Source of the DNA: an uncultured virus (IMG/VR IMGVR_UViG_3300023109_000009)
Lineage: Duplodnaviria; Heunggongvirae; Uroviricota; Caudoviricetes
Length of the DNA: 61,292 nt
IMG/VR virus record: IMGVR_UViG_3300023109_000009
Reading direction: 5' to 3' (one strand)
The stretch's first letter is position 1. Every line of letters begins with the position of its first letter. A model generated the notes under the pieces. That model searched no databases. It was not told the DNA's origin and saw only the letters and a list, made by a program, of their open reading frames with translations. Shown in pieces: positions 37,615-46,891 of the stretch. Made by a program: the position numbers and the translations under genes.

Positions 37615-39217
37615 TGGTTATCTGGGTAACACGAATCTAAAAAAGATTGGTGAACAGATAGAATTTACTCCCGATAATCTGAAGGAGTATATGCGATGCA
37701 TGAAAGACCCAGTGTATTTTTCTCGTAATTATATCAAAATTGTTCACGTAGACCACGGTCTTGTTCCGTTTGATCTATATGATTACCAGGAAGATATCGT
37801 CAATAAGATTACCGACTTTCGTCGTGTAGCAGTATTGACAGCGAGACAGTCAGGCAAGACTACGACAGCAGTAGCAGTGATTCTCCATTACATTCTATTC
37901 AATGAATATAAAACCGTTGCAATTCTTGCCAACAAGGGTGATTCAGCTCGCGAGGTATTGAGTCGTGTGCAACTAGCTTATGAAGCACTACCCAAATGGA
38001 TGCAACAAGGTGTTGAAGAGTGGAATAAAGGTAGTATTTCATTAGAAAATGGATGTAAGATTTACGCAGGCACTACATCTTCAAGTGCCATTCGAGGTAA
38101 ATCAATCTCGTTCCTATATCTGGATGAGGTTGCATTTATTGAAGGTTATGATGAGTTTTTTGCCTCGGTTTATCCTACGATATCATCGGGTCAATCTACA
38201 AAATTAATGATGACGTCCACACCCAATGGGCTTAATCATTTTTGGAAGACGTGTAAGGGTGCCGAAGAGGGTACCAATGGCTATGAATTTGTTAGGGTGA
38301 TGTGGGACGACGTACCGGGTAGAGATGAAAAGTGGAAACAAGAAACTCTTGAAGCTCTCGATTTTGATGAGCAGAAATTTAAACAAGAGTATTGCTGCAC
38401 ATTCTTAGGTAGTTCGGGTACGTTGATTGATGGTTCTAAACTAAAAAATCTGTCATATTCAAGACCATTGGCAGAGAATGAAGGTTTGTGTCAATACGAA
38501 AAACCACTTGAAGGTGCTACATATGTAATGACAGTTGATGTCTCTCGTGGAAAGGGGCTCGACTATTCTACATTTAACATCATTGATATTAGCCGAATGC
38601 CTTATAGACAGGTGTGTACGTTCAGAGATAACATGGTAGGCCCGGTTGATTTTGCTTCAGTTATATATAGAGTAGGTCTACTTTATAATGAGGCCGCTTT
38701 GCTCATAGAAATCAACGATATCGGTGAGCAGGTTTCTGACGTTCTTACTATGGACTATGGTTATGAAAATTTCCTGTATACTGAAAACGCGGGACGATCG
38801 GGGAAGAGAATATCTAGTGGTTTTGGTAAAAAGGTTGATAATGGAGTAAGAACTACCAAAAGCGTAAAATCAATTGGTTGTACAATTCTTAAGATGTTGA
38901 TTGAACAAGATCAATTAATTTTACAAGATTTTAATACGATACAGGAATTATCCCGTTTTTCGAAGAAAGGATCCTCATACGAGGCCGAATCTGGCTCCCA
39001 CGACGACTTGGTAATGAATTTAGTTTTATTCGCGTGGCTATCAGATCAGGGCTATTTTAAAGACATGACAGATATTAATACTCTTATGAAGTTACGTGAG
39101 AGAACTGAAGAGCAAATTGAACAGGACCTTTTACCATTTGGCTTTATTGATGACGGGGGTAATGAGTTTGAGGACGAACTTGCCGCAGGCAGAGAAAACT
39201 GGCAGCTCATTTTGTAA
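37598..39217 (+). CDS. 17: Terminase large subunit gp17
   Basis: Walker A ARQSGKTT, Walker B LYLDEVAF, STPNG, DVSRGKGLDYS, HDDLVM; start may be ATG 37607; no intein or intron seen. Confidence 0.97.
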   Translation: MDLMINGYLGNTNLKKIGEQIEFTPDNLKEYMRCMKDPVYFSRNYIKIVHVDHGLVPFDLYDYQEDIVNKITDFRRVAVLTARQSGKTTTAVAVILHYILFNEYKTVAILANKGDSAREVLSRVQLAYEALPKWMQQGVEEWNKGSISLENGCKIYAGTTSSSAIRGKSISFLYLDEVAFIEGYDEFFASVYPTISSGQSTKLMMTSTPNGLNHFWKTCKGAEEGTNGYEFVRVMWDDVPGRDEKWKQETLEALDFDEQKFKQEYCCTFLGSSGTLIDGSKLKNLSYSRPLAENEGLCQYEKPLEGATYVMTVDVSRGKGLDYSTFNIIDISRMPYRQVCTFRDNMVGPVDFASVIYRVGLLYNEAALLIEINDIGEQVSDVLTMDYGYENFLYTENAGRSGKRISSGFGKKVDNGVRTTKSVKSIGCTILKMLIEQDQLILQDFNTIQELSRFSKKGSSYEAESGSHDDLVMNLVLFAWLSDQGYFKDMTDINTLMKLRERTEEQIEQDLLPFGFIDDGGNEFEDELAAGRENWQLIL

Positions 39218-39228
39218 GTCCTGTATTT

Positions 39229-39236
39229 TATAAATA
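39229..39236 (+). promoter_or_regulatory. T4-type late promoter TATAAATA
   Basis: Exact motif upstream of gp18. Confidence 0.8.
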
Positions 39237-39296
39237 TAACAGTGATACAAACTGAAAAAAATTTTTAAAATACGATAATAATTAAAGGAGAAAAAT

Positions 39297-41324
39297 ATGG
39301 CTTTTTCCGTAAGTCCTTCCGTAATCGTTCGTGAAGTGGACGCATCGGCAGCGGTACCAGCCATCGCAACGCCACCTGCAGCTGTATCCGGTGTATTTAG
39401 ATGGGGTCCTGTAAATGAACCAATTCTATTGTCATCGGAAAATGATCTCGTAAGTCGATTCGGTAAACCTACTGATAATAACTACGAAACTTTCTTTGTG
39501 GCAGCCGATTATCTTTCATATGCAAATGCCCTTTGGGCTGCTCGTGTTGATAATGGTGCTGCTACAGCTGATGCATATGATATTGTATTATTCGACGCGG
39601 ACACAGCATATGCAAATACTGCTGCTCCAGGCTATGTACAAGGTACAACTGCTGGATCTGTCGGGTCTGTCGACACAAGTAATACTACATTTGCTGCATT
39701 TGAAGGTCTATACCCTGGTGCTCTTGCGAACGGTATCGAAATCTCATACGTAAAGGATTCGGGCTATGATTCAACATTATTTGATGTTGGCGATATTCCG
39801 GCTACAAATCCTTCCCTCTCAGATGCTAGAATGGTTTCTGGACAAGATCTTGGTGCAAGTGATCAGGCAATTGCTTTCAATACAGCAACGATTGATATTA
39901 CTGTAGCGAATACAGTGTCTCTTGATGTTTCTGGCTTGGTTGGTGACATTCTTGTCATCGGAAATGAATCGGTAGGTTACCAAGAACTATCTATTGCTTC
40001 TGCAACAAAATCTAATCTTAATATTGACCTAGATCCCTCGGCTAATACCGACATCGTGGTTGGCTATCACAGATACCAAATCACTACTTCGTCAAATTAT
40101 ACTCTTGCTGAATCTGACCTCGAAGATCTTTCAATTTCAACTAAGTGGAAGCAAGGTTACCTATTTGGTAAGGCTCCAGATACTGGTAATTATCACGTTG
40201 CTGTCATTGACAGTTCCGGTGGTGTGACTGGTGCTGCTGGATCTGTTGTTGAAATCTACGATAATGTATCGACCAGTGCATCAGCTACACTTCCTGATGG
40301 TAGAACTAATTACTACGTAGACGTAATTGAGAATTTCTCGTCTTGGGTTAAGGTTGCAAACACTGCACACTTTGAAGCTCAAACGACCTCTCAATATGAA
40401 ACTCTTGCTGGTGGTACCGATGGAACTACTGAGGGAGCAACCTCACTACAAGCTCTTGCTGGTGGATACGATCTGTTCAAGAACTCTAATGAGATTGACA
40501 TCTCGTTTGTTCTTCAAGGTAAAGGCGATAATAATGCTAACCTTGCAAACTACATTATCTCTAATGTGGCTGATTACAGAAAAGATTGTGTGGCATTCTT
40601 ATCACCATCAAAAGAAGCAGTAGTTGATGAGTTGAGAACCAATGCAAAAATGACCAACACAATTGCATATCGTAACAAGCTCCAAAGCTCCTCTTACTGG
40701 TTCATGGATTCCGGTTACAAGTACAGATACGACAAGTATAATGACAAGTACCGATATGTCCCACTGAACGGTGATATGGCTGGCTTGGCTTCTAGGGTAG
40801 AGCCTTATGAGTCTCCGGCTGGATTCCGAAAGGGTGTTGTGAAGAATGTTGTTAAGTTGGCATTCAACCCTAATAAGGCACAGAGAGACCAACTCTATAC
40901 TTCAGACATTAACCCTGTAATGAGTCAAGTAGGACAAGGTATTGTTCTCTTTGGTGATAAGACTGGTTTGGGTCTGAATAGTGCATTCGATAGACTTAAT
41001 GTACGAAGATTGTTTATCGCTGTCGAGAAGGCAATTGCTAATGCAGCTCAATCATTCTTGTTCGAACTGAACGATGAGTTTACTCAGACACAATTCAGAA
41101 ATATCGTAGAGCCATTCCTCCGTGACATTCAAGGAAGACGTGGAATTATCGATTTTAGAGTTGTATCTGATGCAACGGTGAATACTCCTGTAGTAATCGA
41201 TCAAAATAAGTTCAGAGCAAATATCTTCATTAAACCTGCACGATCTATTAACGTCATTGAACTTACGTTTGTGGCTACAAGATCTGGGGTTGAATTTGAA
41301 GAAATTGTTGGCGCGCTTACATAA
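39297..41324 (+). CDS. 18: Tail sheath protein gp18
   Basis: SPSVIVREVD...FRWGP...SPAGFRKG...SAFDRLNVRRLF...IKPARSINVIELTFVATRSG. Confidence 0.97.
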   Translation: MAFSVSPSVIVREVDASAAVPAIATPPAAVSGVFRWGPVNEPILLSSENDLVSRFGKPTDNNYETFFVAADYLSYANALWAARVDNGAATADAYDIVLFDADTAYANTAAPGYVQGTTAGSVGSVDTSNTTFAAFEGLYPGALANGIEISYVKDSGYDSTLFDVGDIPATNPSLSDARMVSGQDLGASDQAIAFNTATIDITVANTVSLDVSGLVGDILVIGNESVGYQELSIASATKSNLNIDLDPSANTDIVVGYHRYQITTSSNYTLAESDLEDLSISTKWKQGYLFGKAPDTGNYHVAVIDSSGGVTGAAGSVVEIYDNVSTSASATLPDGRTNYYVDVIENFSSWVKVANTAHFEAQTTSQYETLAGGTDGTTEGATSLQALAGGYDLFKNSNEIDISFVLQGKGDNNANLANYIISNVADYRKDCVAFLSPSKEAVVDELRTNAKMTNTIAYRNKLQSSSYWFMDSGYKYRYDKYNDKYRYVPLNGDMAGLASRVEPYESPAGFRKGVVKNVVKLAFNPNKAQRDQLYTSDINPVMSQVGQGIVLFGDKTGLGLNSAFDRLNVRRLFIAVEKAIANAAQSFLFELNDEFTQTQFRNIVEPFLRDIQGRRGIIDFRVVSDATVNTPVVIDQNKFRANIFIKPARSINVIELTFVATRSGVEFEEIVGALT

Positions 41325-41355
41325 TAAATAAGATTGTTAAAAGGAGAACACGAAT

Positions 41356-41889
41356 ATGAGTTTTAATATCAACGAGTTTAAATCACAGTTAGTAGGTGGT
41401 GGTGCTCGTCCAACTCTTTTCCAAGTTCAGATATTAAATCCTGTCGATCCGGCCGCTGACTTTAAAGTCCCATTTATGGTACGTGCGGCTGGGATTCCTG
41501 GCTCAACTGTAGGGCAATATGAAGTGCCCTACTTCGGTCGGAATATTAAGTACGCAGGTGATCGAACATTTGAAGATTGGACGATTACAGTAATCAACGA
41601 CGAAGACTTTGCCGTTAGAAATGCTATGGAAGCATGGTCTAATGCTATCAATACTCATGATAGTAACGTCAGGGCTTTACCACAAGATTACAAATCAAAT
41701 GCTATCATTACGCAATTTAGTAAGGATGGAGATCCGCTTAGGTCTTATGTATTTGAAGGCATGTTCCCAGTTTCAATCGATCAGATTGAAATGGATTGGG
41801 GTACTGTCGATGCTATTGAGGAATTCGGTGTAACATTCAGTTATGATTTTTGGAGAGTTGAAGGCGTAACCGGCATTCCTACTAGCTAA
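41356..41889 (+). CDS. 19: Tail tube protein gp19
   Basis: GGARPTLFQV...AGDRTFEDWTITVINDEDF...IEEFGVTFSYDFW. Confidence 0.97.
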   Translation: MSFNINEFKSQLVGGGARPTLFQVQILNPVDPAADFKVPFMVRAAGIPGSTVGQYEVPYFGRNIKYAGDRTFEDWTITVINDEDFAVRNAMEAWSNAINTHDSNVRALPQDYKSNAIITQFSKDGDPLRSYVFEGMFPVSIDQIEMDWGTVDAIEEFGVTFSYDFWRVEGVTGIPTS

Positions 41890-41912
41890 TTGATTATTGA
41901 GGAATTTAAATA

Positions 41913-43418
41913 ATGAAGATTTTTGGCTTTGACATAAAGCGTGAGGCAGAAGAGGCCGATCAAGTACCGGTCTCTTTTGCCGAGCCACAAAACGACGATG
42001 GTGCAATTACCGTAGGCAGTGCCCTTGGTGGGTTCTATAATACGTTAATTGACCTTGAGGGCTCGGCAAAAACCGAGTCTGAACTCGTCACTAAATATCG
42101 TGGTATGGCAATGCAGCCAGAAATTGCTCAGGCAATTGATGAAGTTGTGAACGAAGCCATCAATATCGACACACACGAAAAAGTGGTAGATATTGTATTA
42201 GATGAGATAGATCTGCCTGATAAAGTAAAAAAGGCAATATCCGAAGAGTTCGAAAATTGTCTTGGCCTTTTAGATTTTACTAATACAGCATATGATATGT
42301 TTAGTAAGTTCTATGTTGACGGAAGACTGAATTACCATATTATTATTGATGATAAGAATATCAAAAAAGGTATTACGGAACTTCGTTATGTTGACCCACG
42401 AAAGATTAAATTAATACGTGAGGTCGACAAGAAAGACAAAGATCAATGGTCTGGCATGCCAACCAAGAAAGTCAAAAATGAATATTATTTGTATTCTGAT
42501 AATGGCTTTGGAAATGGCCCAGGCGATTCATCACAGGGTTATAGAATTTCAAAAGACTCGATTGCTAGAGTAACATCGGGACTAATGAATGAAAATAACT
42601 CTTTAGTTCTTTCATATTTACATCCGTCTATCAAACCTCTCAATCAGTTGAGAATGTTAGAAGACGCCACAGTCATTTATACTCTGACACGAGCACCAGA
42701 GCGTAGAATTTTCTACATTGATGTTGGTAACTTACCTAAGAGCAAAGCCGAGCAGTATCTCCATGATATGATGACTCGACACAAGAATAAGTTACAATAT
42801 AATGCATCAACTGGTGAAATTAGTGATTCTCGTAAGATGATGACAATGACTGAAGATTTCTGGTTCCCTCGTCGTGGCGGTGAGAGATCTACAGAGGTCG
42901 ATACGCTTGCCGGTGGTGCTGCACAAGGCTTGAGTACAGATGAAAACATGCAGTACTTCCAACGAAAATTATATAAGGCGTTGAGAGTACCACTAACTCG
43001 ATTGGAGCCAGAAACAATGGTTTCATTCGGACGCGTTTCTGAGATCACGCGAGATGAATTGAAATTTAGTAAATTCATTCGAAGACTCAGAGCAAGATTT
43101 TCTTGGTTCTTCAATATGGTACTAGAAAAGCAACTTGTCTTAAAAGGTATAATGTCGCCAGAAGAATTTGAACAGATTAAAAATAAAATTCGCTATGACT
43201 TTATCAAAGACAACTACTTTGAAGAACTAAAAGAGGCCGAAATTCTCAGAGAGCGCATGAACACACTGAGAGAAATGGAAGAAACGGTCGGTGTTTATTA
43301 TTCTCGTCAATGGGTAATCCGTAATGTACTTCAAATGAGCGAAGAAGACTACGAAGAGATCAGAGATCAAATCGAAGCGGAGAAAGAGATGTTCCCAGAC
43401 GAGGACGAAGATTTATAA
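41913..43418 (+). CDS. 20: Portal protein gp20
   Basis: LNQLRMLEDATVIYTLTRAPERRIFYIDVGNLP...EDFWFPRRGG...ITRDELKF. Confidence 0.97.
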   Translation: MKIFGFDIKREAEEADQVPVSFAEPQNDDGAITVGSALGGFYNTLIDLEGSAKTESELVTKYRGMAMQPEIAQAIDEVVNEAINIDTHEKVVDIVLDEIDLPDKVKKAISEEFENCLGLLDFTNTAYDMFSKFYVDGRLNYHIIIDDKNIKKGITELRYVDPRKIKLIREVDKKDKDQWSGMPTKKVKNEYYLYSDNGFGNGPGDSSQGYRISKDSIARVTSGLMNENNSLVLSYLHPSIKPLNQLRMLEDATVIYTLTRAPERRIFYIDVGNLPKSKAEQYLHDMMTRHKNKLQYNASTGEISDSRKMMTMTEDFWFPRRGGERSTEVDTLAGGAAQGLSTDENMQYFQRKLYKALRVPLTRLEPETMVSFGRVSEITRDELKFSKFIRRLRARFSWFFNMVLEKQLVLKGIMSPEEFEQIKNKIRYDFIKDNYFEELKEAEILRERMNTLREMEETVGVYYSRQWVIRNVLQMSEEDYEEIRDQIEAEKEMFPDEDEDL

Positions 43419-43455
43419 TAAATAATTTAAAATTCAGATTAAAGGACTCACAGAA

Positions 43456-43815
43456 ATGAAACGGTTCAAAAATATTCGTGAAATGGCTCAACCCAAATCT
43501 CCCGAAGAGAAGAGATTTAAGGATCAGCACTCGGTTGAGGTACTCGATCCCGAAGGTCATGGCGACGATATCAAGCCAAAGACCCAAAAGAAAAAGAGGT
43601 TAGCAGATTATATGGACGGTCAAGATAAAGCTGCATACGATAAAGCTTATACTGTGAAGAAAGAAGCAGTAGAAGAAGATGCCCTGTCAGAAGATACCCT
43701 GGCCGAAGATATTGCTGATATCATTGTAGAGACTTACAGAGAATCTATACTTGAAATGAGTGAAGAAGAGCTAGATGCAATTGTAGATCGAATTCACGAA
43801 GATCTGGAAGGCTAA
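43456..43815 (+). CDS. Prohead core/internal protein (gp67-like position)
   Basis: Highly charged; starts MKRFKNIRE, resembling a T4 capsid-targeting sequence; lies between gp20 and gp21. Confidence 0.55.
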   Translation: MKRFKNIREMAQPKSPEEKRFKDQHSVEVLDPEGHGDDIKPKTQKKKRLADYMDGQDKAAYDKAYTVKKEAVEEDALSEDTLAEDIADIIVETYRESILEMSEEELDAIVDRIHEDLEG

Positions 43816-43816
43816 C

Positions 43817-44902
43817 ATGAAGAAATTTAGAGATCTTTTATCAGAGACAGAAGTTAAACCCTCTATGAGAGAAGACGCACAGGACGAAAAGAGAATGATG
43901 CGGTCTCAGCTCATGTTTATGGCTTATGCAGCCAAAGAGATTGCTTCTTATCTTGATCGAGTCAACGATCCTGAAGAGTGGTACCAGAATAAAATGGCCA
44001 CTACACATTCAATGATGAAGACACTCTATTCATATGCTCAAGGTCAAAAGCAGTCAATGGATGCAGACGATGATCTAATGGCTGGATATTACGGTGAAGA
44101 TAGTAAAATCGATGCCCGTAAAAAAGAATTTAAAGAAAAGCTTCGTAGATTGGCCTATGAGAAATACGGCAAGAAAAAGGTTGATCAAGTTGATGAGTCA
44201 ACTAAAGCTTATGCTGCATCATTAGAAAAGATTGCAAACGATAAGAAGCTTAAGGCGATTACTCCAAAAGATCGTGAAATGCTTGCCAAATTAGCCGACC
44301 TTATGAAAAAGGAAGGTTATCGTAAGCCAACTGCAGCAGAGATTGCAGCAGATAAGAAAAAAGATGGTAAGAAGCCCGAAGGTAATCGACACAGTAGAAT
44401 CAAAAAGAAAGTCTACGGTAATGCAATGGGCGGATTAAAAGAAGGGCGCAATGATGTAGTCAAAGCTCTCGCCGATAAAGCAAAGACCGGTGGTATCGAT
44501 AAGGCTGACTTTAAGAAAGCCCATGATCTTTATAAGGCTGCTAAATTAGAAGATCTTAAGAAATTAATCAAAGGTCTCGATACGGACGTTGCAGAACATA
44601 TTGCTGATGTTATTAGCAGACACGATTCAAAGGCGTTCAATAGCATGTATCCTCGTGCAAAGTCTGGTGACAGCATGGCTAAAATCGTAAGAGAAGACTT
44701 ACAAGAAGCAAACTTTAAGCCAGGTAATCTTAAATTAAAAGATGGTTCAAAGGTTAAGCTTTCAATGGATGATGCCAAAGCAATCACAGCAGTAATGAAG
44801 ACACTCAGCCCAAATAATCGTAAAGAAATGGAAACACGATTGATGTCGGACAAGAAAGGGTTCGATGAAATCATGGCATTTGTACAGGCTGCTGGAATTT
44901 AA
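43817..44902 (+). CDS. Capsid internal/prohead core protein
   Basis: K/E/D rich; starts MKKFRDLLSE; several hydrophobic-x-E motifs; lies between gp20 and gp21. Confidence 0.55.
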   Translation: MKKFRDLLSETEVKPSMREDAQDEKRMMRSQLMFMAYAAKEIASYLDRVNDPEEWYQNKMATTHSMMKTLYSYAQGQKQSMDADDDLMAGYYGEDSKIDARKKEFKEKLRRLAYEKYGKKKVDQVDESTKAYAASLEKIANDKKLKAITPKDREMLAKLADLMKKEGYRKPTAAEIAADKKKDGKKPEGNRHSRIKKKVYGNAMGGLKEGRNDVVKALADKAKTGGIDKADFKKAHDLYKAAKLEDLKKLIKGLDTDVAEHIADVISRHDSKAFNSMYPRAKSGDSMAKIVREDLQEANFKPGNLKLKDGSKVKLSMDDAKAITAVMKTLSPNNRKEMETRLMSDKKGFDEIMAFVQAAGI

Positions 44903-44903
44903 A

Positions 44904-45131
44904 ATGGCTTGGGCTGCTGTATCAGGATCAAATGGTATATGGGAATACGATAATGCTGCTACTGCGGCAGGCCCAGATACCTATGATGATATGAATGGTA
45001 CGGTAACTGCCGGTATTAGATCGTTTACACCAACCGGCGGGAATACACAGTTAACGTATATTAAATGTAGAAAGGCCGGTACTACTGCAGTCAGAGGCGA
45101 ACTGTCAAAAAATTATTACGATGCCCAGTAA
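44904..45131 (+). CDS. Small hypothetical head-associated protein
   Basis: MAWAAVSGSNGIWEYD..., 75 aa from ATG 44904. Confidence 0.55.
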   Translation: MAWAAVSGSNGIWEYDNAATAAGPDTYDDMNGTVTAGIRSFTPTGGNTQLTYIKCRKAGTTAVRGELSKNYYDAQ

Positions 45132-45140
45132 TTGCAAATG

Positions 45141-45148
45141 TATAAATA
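45141..45148 (+). promoter_or_regulatory. T4-type late promoter TATAAATA
   Basis: Exact motif upstream of gp21. Confidence 0.8.
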
Positions 45149-45176
45149 CAATTTAAGAATAAAAAGGTAATAAAAA

Positions 45177-45872
45177 ATGAAGCTTATCACAGAAATTACC
45201 GAAAGTTGCGATATCGTTTCCGAGTTAAATGAGGAGACTGGAGTAAAGTCGTTCTTCATTGAAGGCATTTTTATGCAAGGAAATTTGAAGAATCGCAACG
45301 GTCGTATCTACCCAAGTGATGTACTTGAAAAAGAAATGAACCGTTACCAAAAAGAGTTCATTGATACGAAAAGAGCACTGGGCGAACTTGGACATCCCGA
45401 CGGTCCTTCAATTAATGGTGAGAGAGTATCCCACCTGATTACCGACATGAGAAGAGAAGGCAATGACTTCTATGGTAAGGCCAAAATTCTTGGTACGCCC
45501 ATGGGTGAAATTGTCAAGACCTTACTAGACGAAGGTGTCAAGATAGGTGTGTCGACTCGAGGACTTGGTTCGGTCAAGGCAAAAAATGGTGTAATGGAAG
45601 TCCAAAATGATTTCTATCTTGCCACAGTTGATATTGTCACAGATCCTTCTGCCCCTAATGCTTTTGTAAATGGTATTATGGAGAATGTGGAATACTATTA
45701 CGATCTTGCTTCTAACGCTTGGCTTCCAAGGCAGCAACAAGAAGAAGTTGCTGAAGTCGTTGAACAGATTCACAGGCAAGTGCATAAGAAGTATAATAGA
45801 ATCGTGAACAAAATTGACGAACAGACGGCAGCTAAGCTTTTCCAGAAGTTTGTTAAGTCGCTGCAAAAGTAA
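45177..45872 (+). CDS. 21: Prohead protease gp21
   Basis: MKLITE...KNRNGRIYP...ALGELGHP...GVSTRGLGS...DIVTDPSAPNAFV. Confidence 0.96.
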   Translation: MKLITEITESCDIVSELNEETGVKSFFIEGIFMQGNLKNRNGRIYPSDVLEKEMNRYQKEFIDTKRALGELGHPDGPSINGERVSHLITDMRREGNDFYGKAKILGTPMGEIVKTLLDEGVKIGVSTRGLGSVKAKNGVMEVQNDFYLATVDIVTDPSAPNAFVNGIMENVEYYYDLASNAWLPRQQQEEVAEVVEQIHRQVHKKYNRIVNKIDEQTAAKLFQKFVKSLQK

Positions 45873-45878
45873 AAGATT

Positions 45879-45886
45879 TATAAATA
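45879..45886 (+). promoter_or_regulatory. T4-type late promoter TATAAATA
   Basis: Exact motif upstream of gp22. Confidence 0.8.
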
Positions 45887-45926
45887 GTTTGCAACAATTC
45901 AATTGTTACATAAAAGGAGACTAAAT

Positions 45927-46829
45927 ATGGCAGATGATCAAAGCAAGGTTGTTGCTGAAGAGGAAACTCTCTCAGTCGCACCAGAAACTGTTGAAGAGCA
46001 GGTTGAGTCTGTAGAGGAAGTCGCTGTTGAAGAAGCTACTGTTGAAGTAGTAGAAGAAGTGGTTGAGGAGACTGAAGTAATTACTGAAGTCGATCCAACT
46101 ATTGCTTCGATCTTTGAAGGTGTTGACCTTTCAGATGAATTCAAAAACAAGGTATCGGTAGTTTTTGAGGCAGCCATCAACGAACAAGTCCAAGAAAGAT
46201 CTAAGGCATTCGAAGCCGATCTGACTGAGAAACTAGAAGCTGAGCTTCAAGAATCTTTGACAGGTAAGGTAGAAGAAATTGTCGAAAATCTTGATAAGTA
46301 TTTGGACTATGTAGTTGAAGAGTGGATGTCTGAAAACGAGATCGCTATCGAAGCCGGTATTAAGGTTGAAATGGCAGAATCTCTAATGACCGGTCTTAAG
46401 GATCTATTCGAAGAGCACAATGTAGACATTGACGATGAAACTGTCGATGTTGTTACTGGCTTGGAAGAGCAGGTTGCAACGGCAGACGCTAGGGCTAACG
46501 ATCTCGTAAATGAGAACATTGCTCTTGCCAGAGAAATCGCTGACATGAAGGCTGATGGTGTATTCGCAGGAATGACTGAAGACCTTACAGTATCTCAGCG
46601 TGAAAGAATAGCGGTTCTCTCTGAGAAGTTAGACCGCGATGATTTGGAAAGCTACGCAGCTAATCTCCAGACCATCAAAGAATCTTTCTTTGCAGAATCA
46701 TCTGTGAAAAAGGATGAAGTTGTTGAAGAAGAAATCATCACGGAAGAGGCAGCCATCCGGCAGCCAATCTCTGATTATTCTTCAGTCAATGCTCTTGTAG
46801 AGGCACTCAACGCAAGAAAATCAAACTAA
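45927..46829 (+). CDS. 22: Prohead core scaffolding protein gp22
   Basis: LSDEFKNKVSVVFEAA...DKYLDYVVEEWMSENEIAIEAGIK; AAGGAG SD before ATG 45927. Confidence 0.93.
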   Translation: MADDQSKVVAEEETLSVAPETVEEQVESVEEVAVEEATVEVVEEVVEETEVITEVDPTIASIFEGVDLSDEFKNKVSVVFEAAINEQVQERSKAFEADLTEKLEAELQESLTGKVEEIVENLDKYLDYVVEEWMSENEIAIEAGIKVEMAESLMTGLKDLFEEHNVDIDDETVDVVTGLEEQVATADARANDLVNENIALAREIADMKADGVFAGMTEDLTVSQRERIAVLSEKLDRDDLESYAANLQTIKESFFAESSVKKDEVVEEEIITEEAAIRQPISDYSSVNALVEALNARKSN

Positions 46830-46841
46830 GATATTAGTTTT

Positions 46842-46849
46842 TATAAATA
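46842..46849 (+). promoter_or_regulatory. T4-type late promoter TATAAATA
   Basis: Exact motif upstream of gp23. Confidence 0.8.
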
Positions 46850-46891
46850 AACAGTAACACTTAAATTTAAGTAACAAGGAGATAGAATAAT

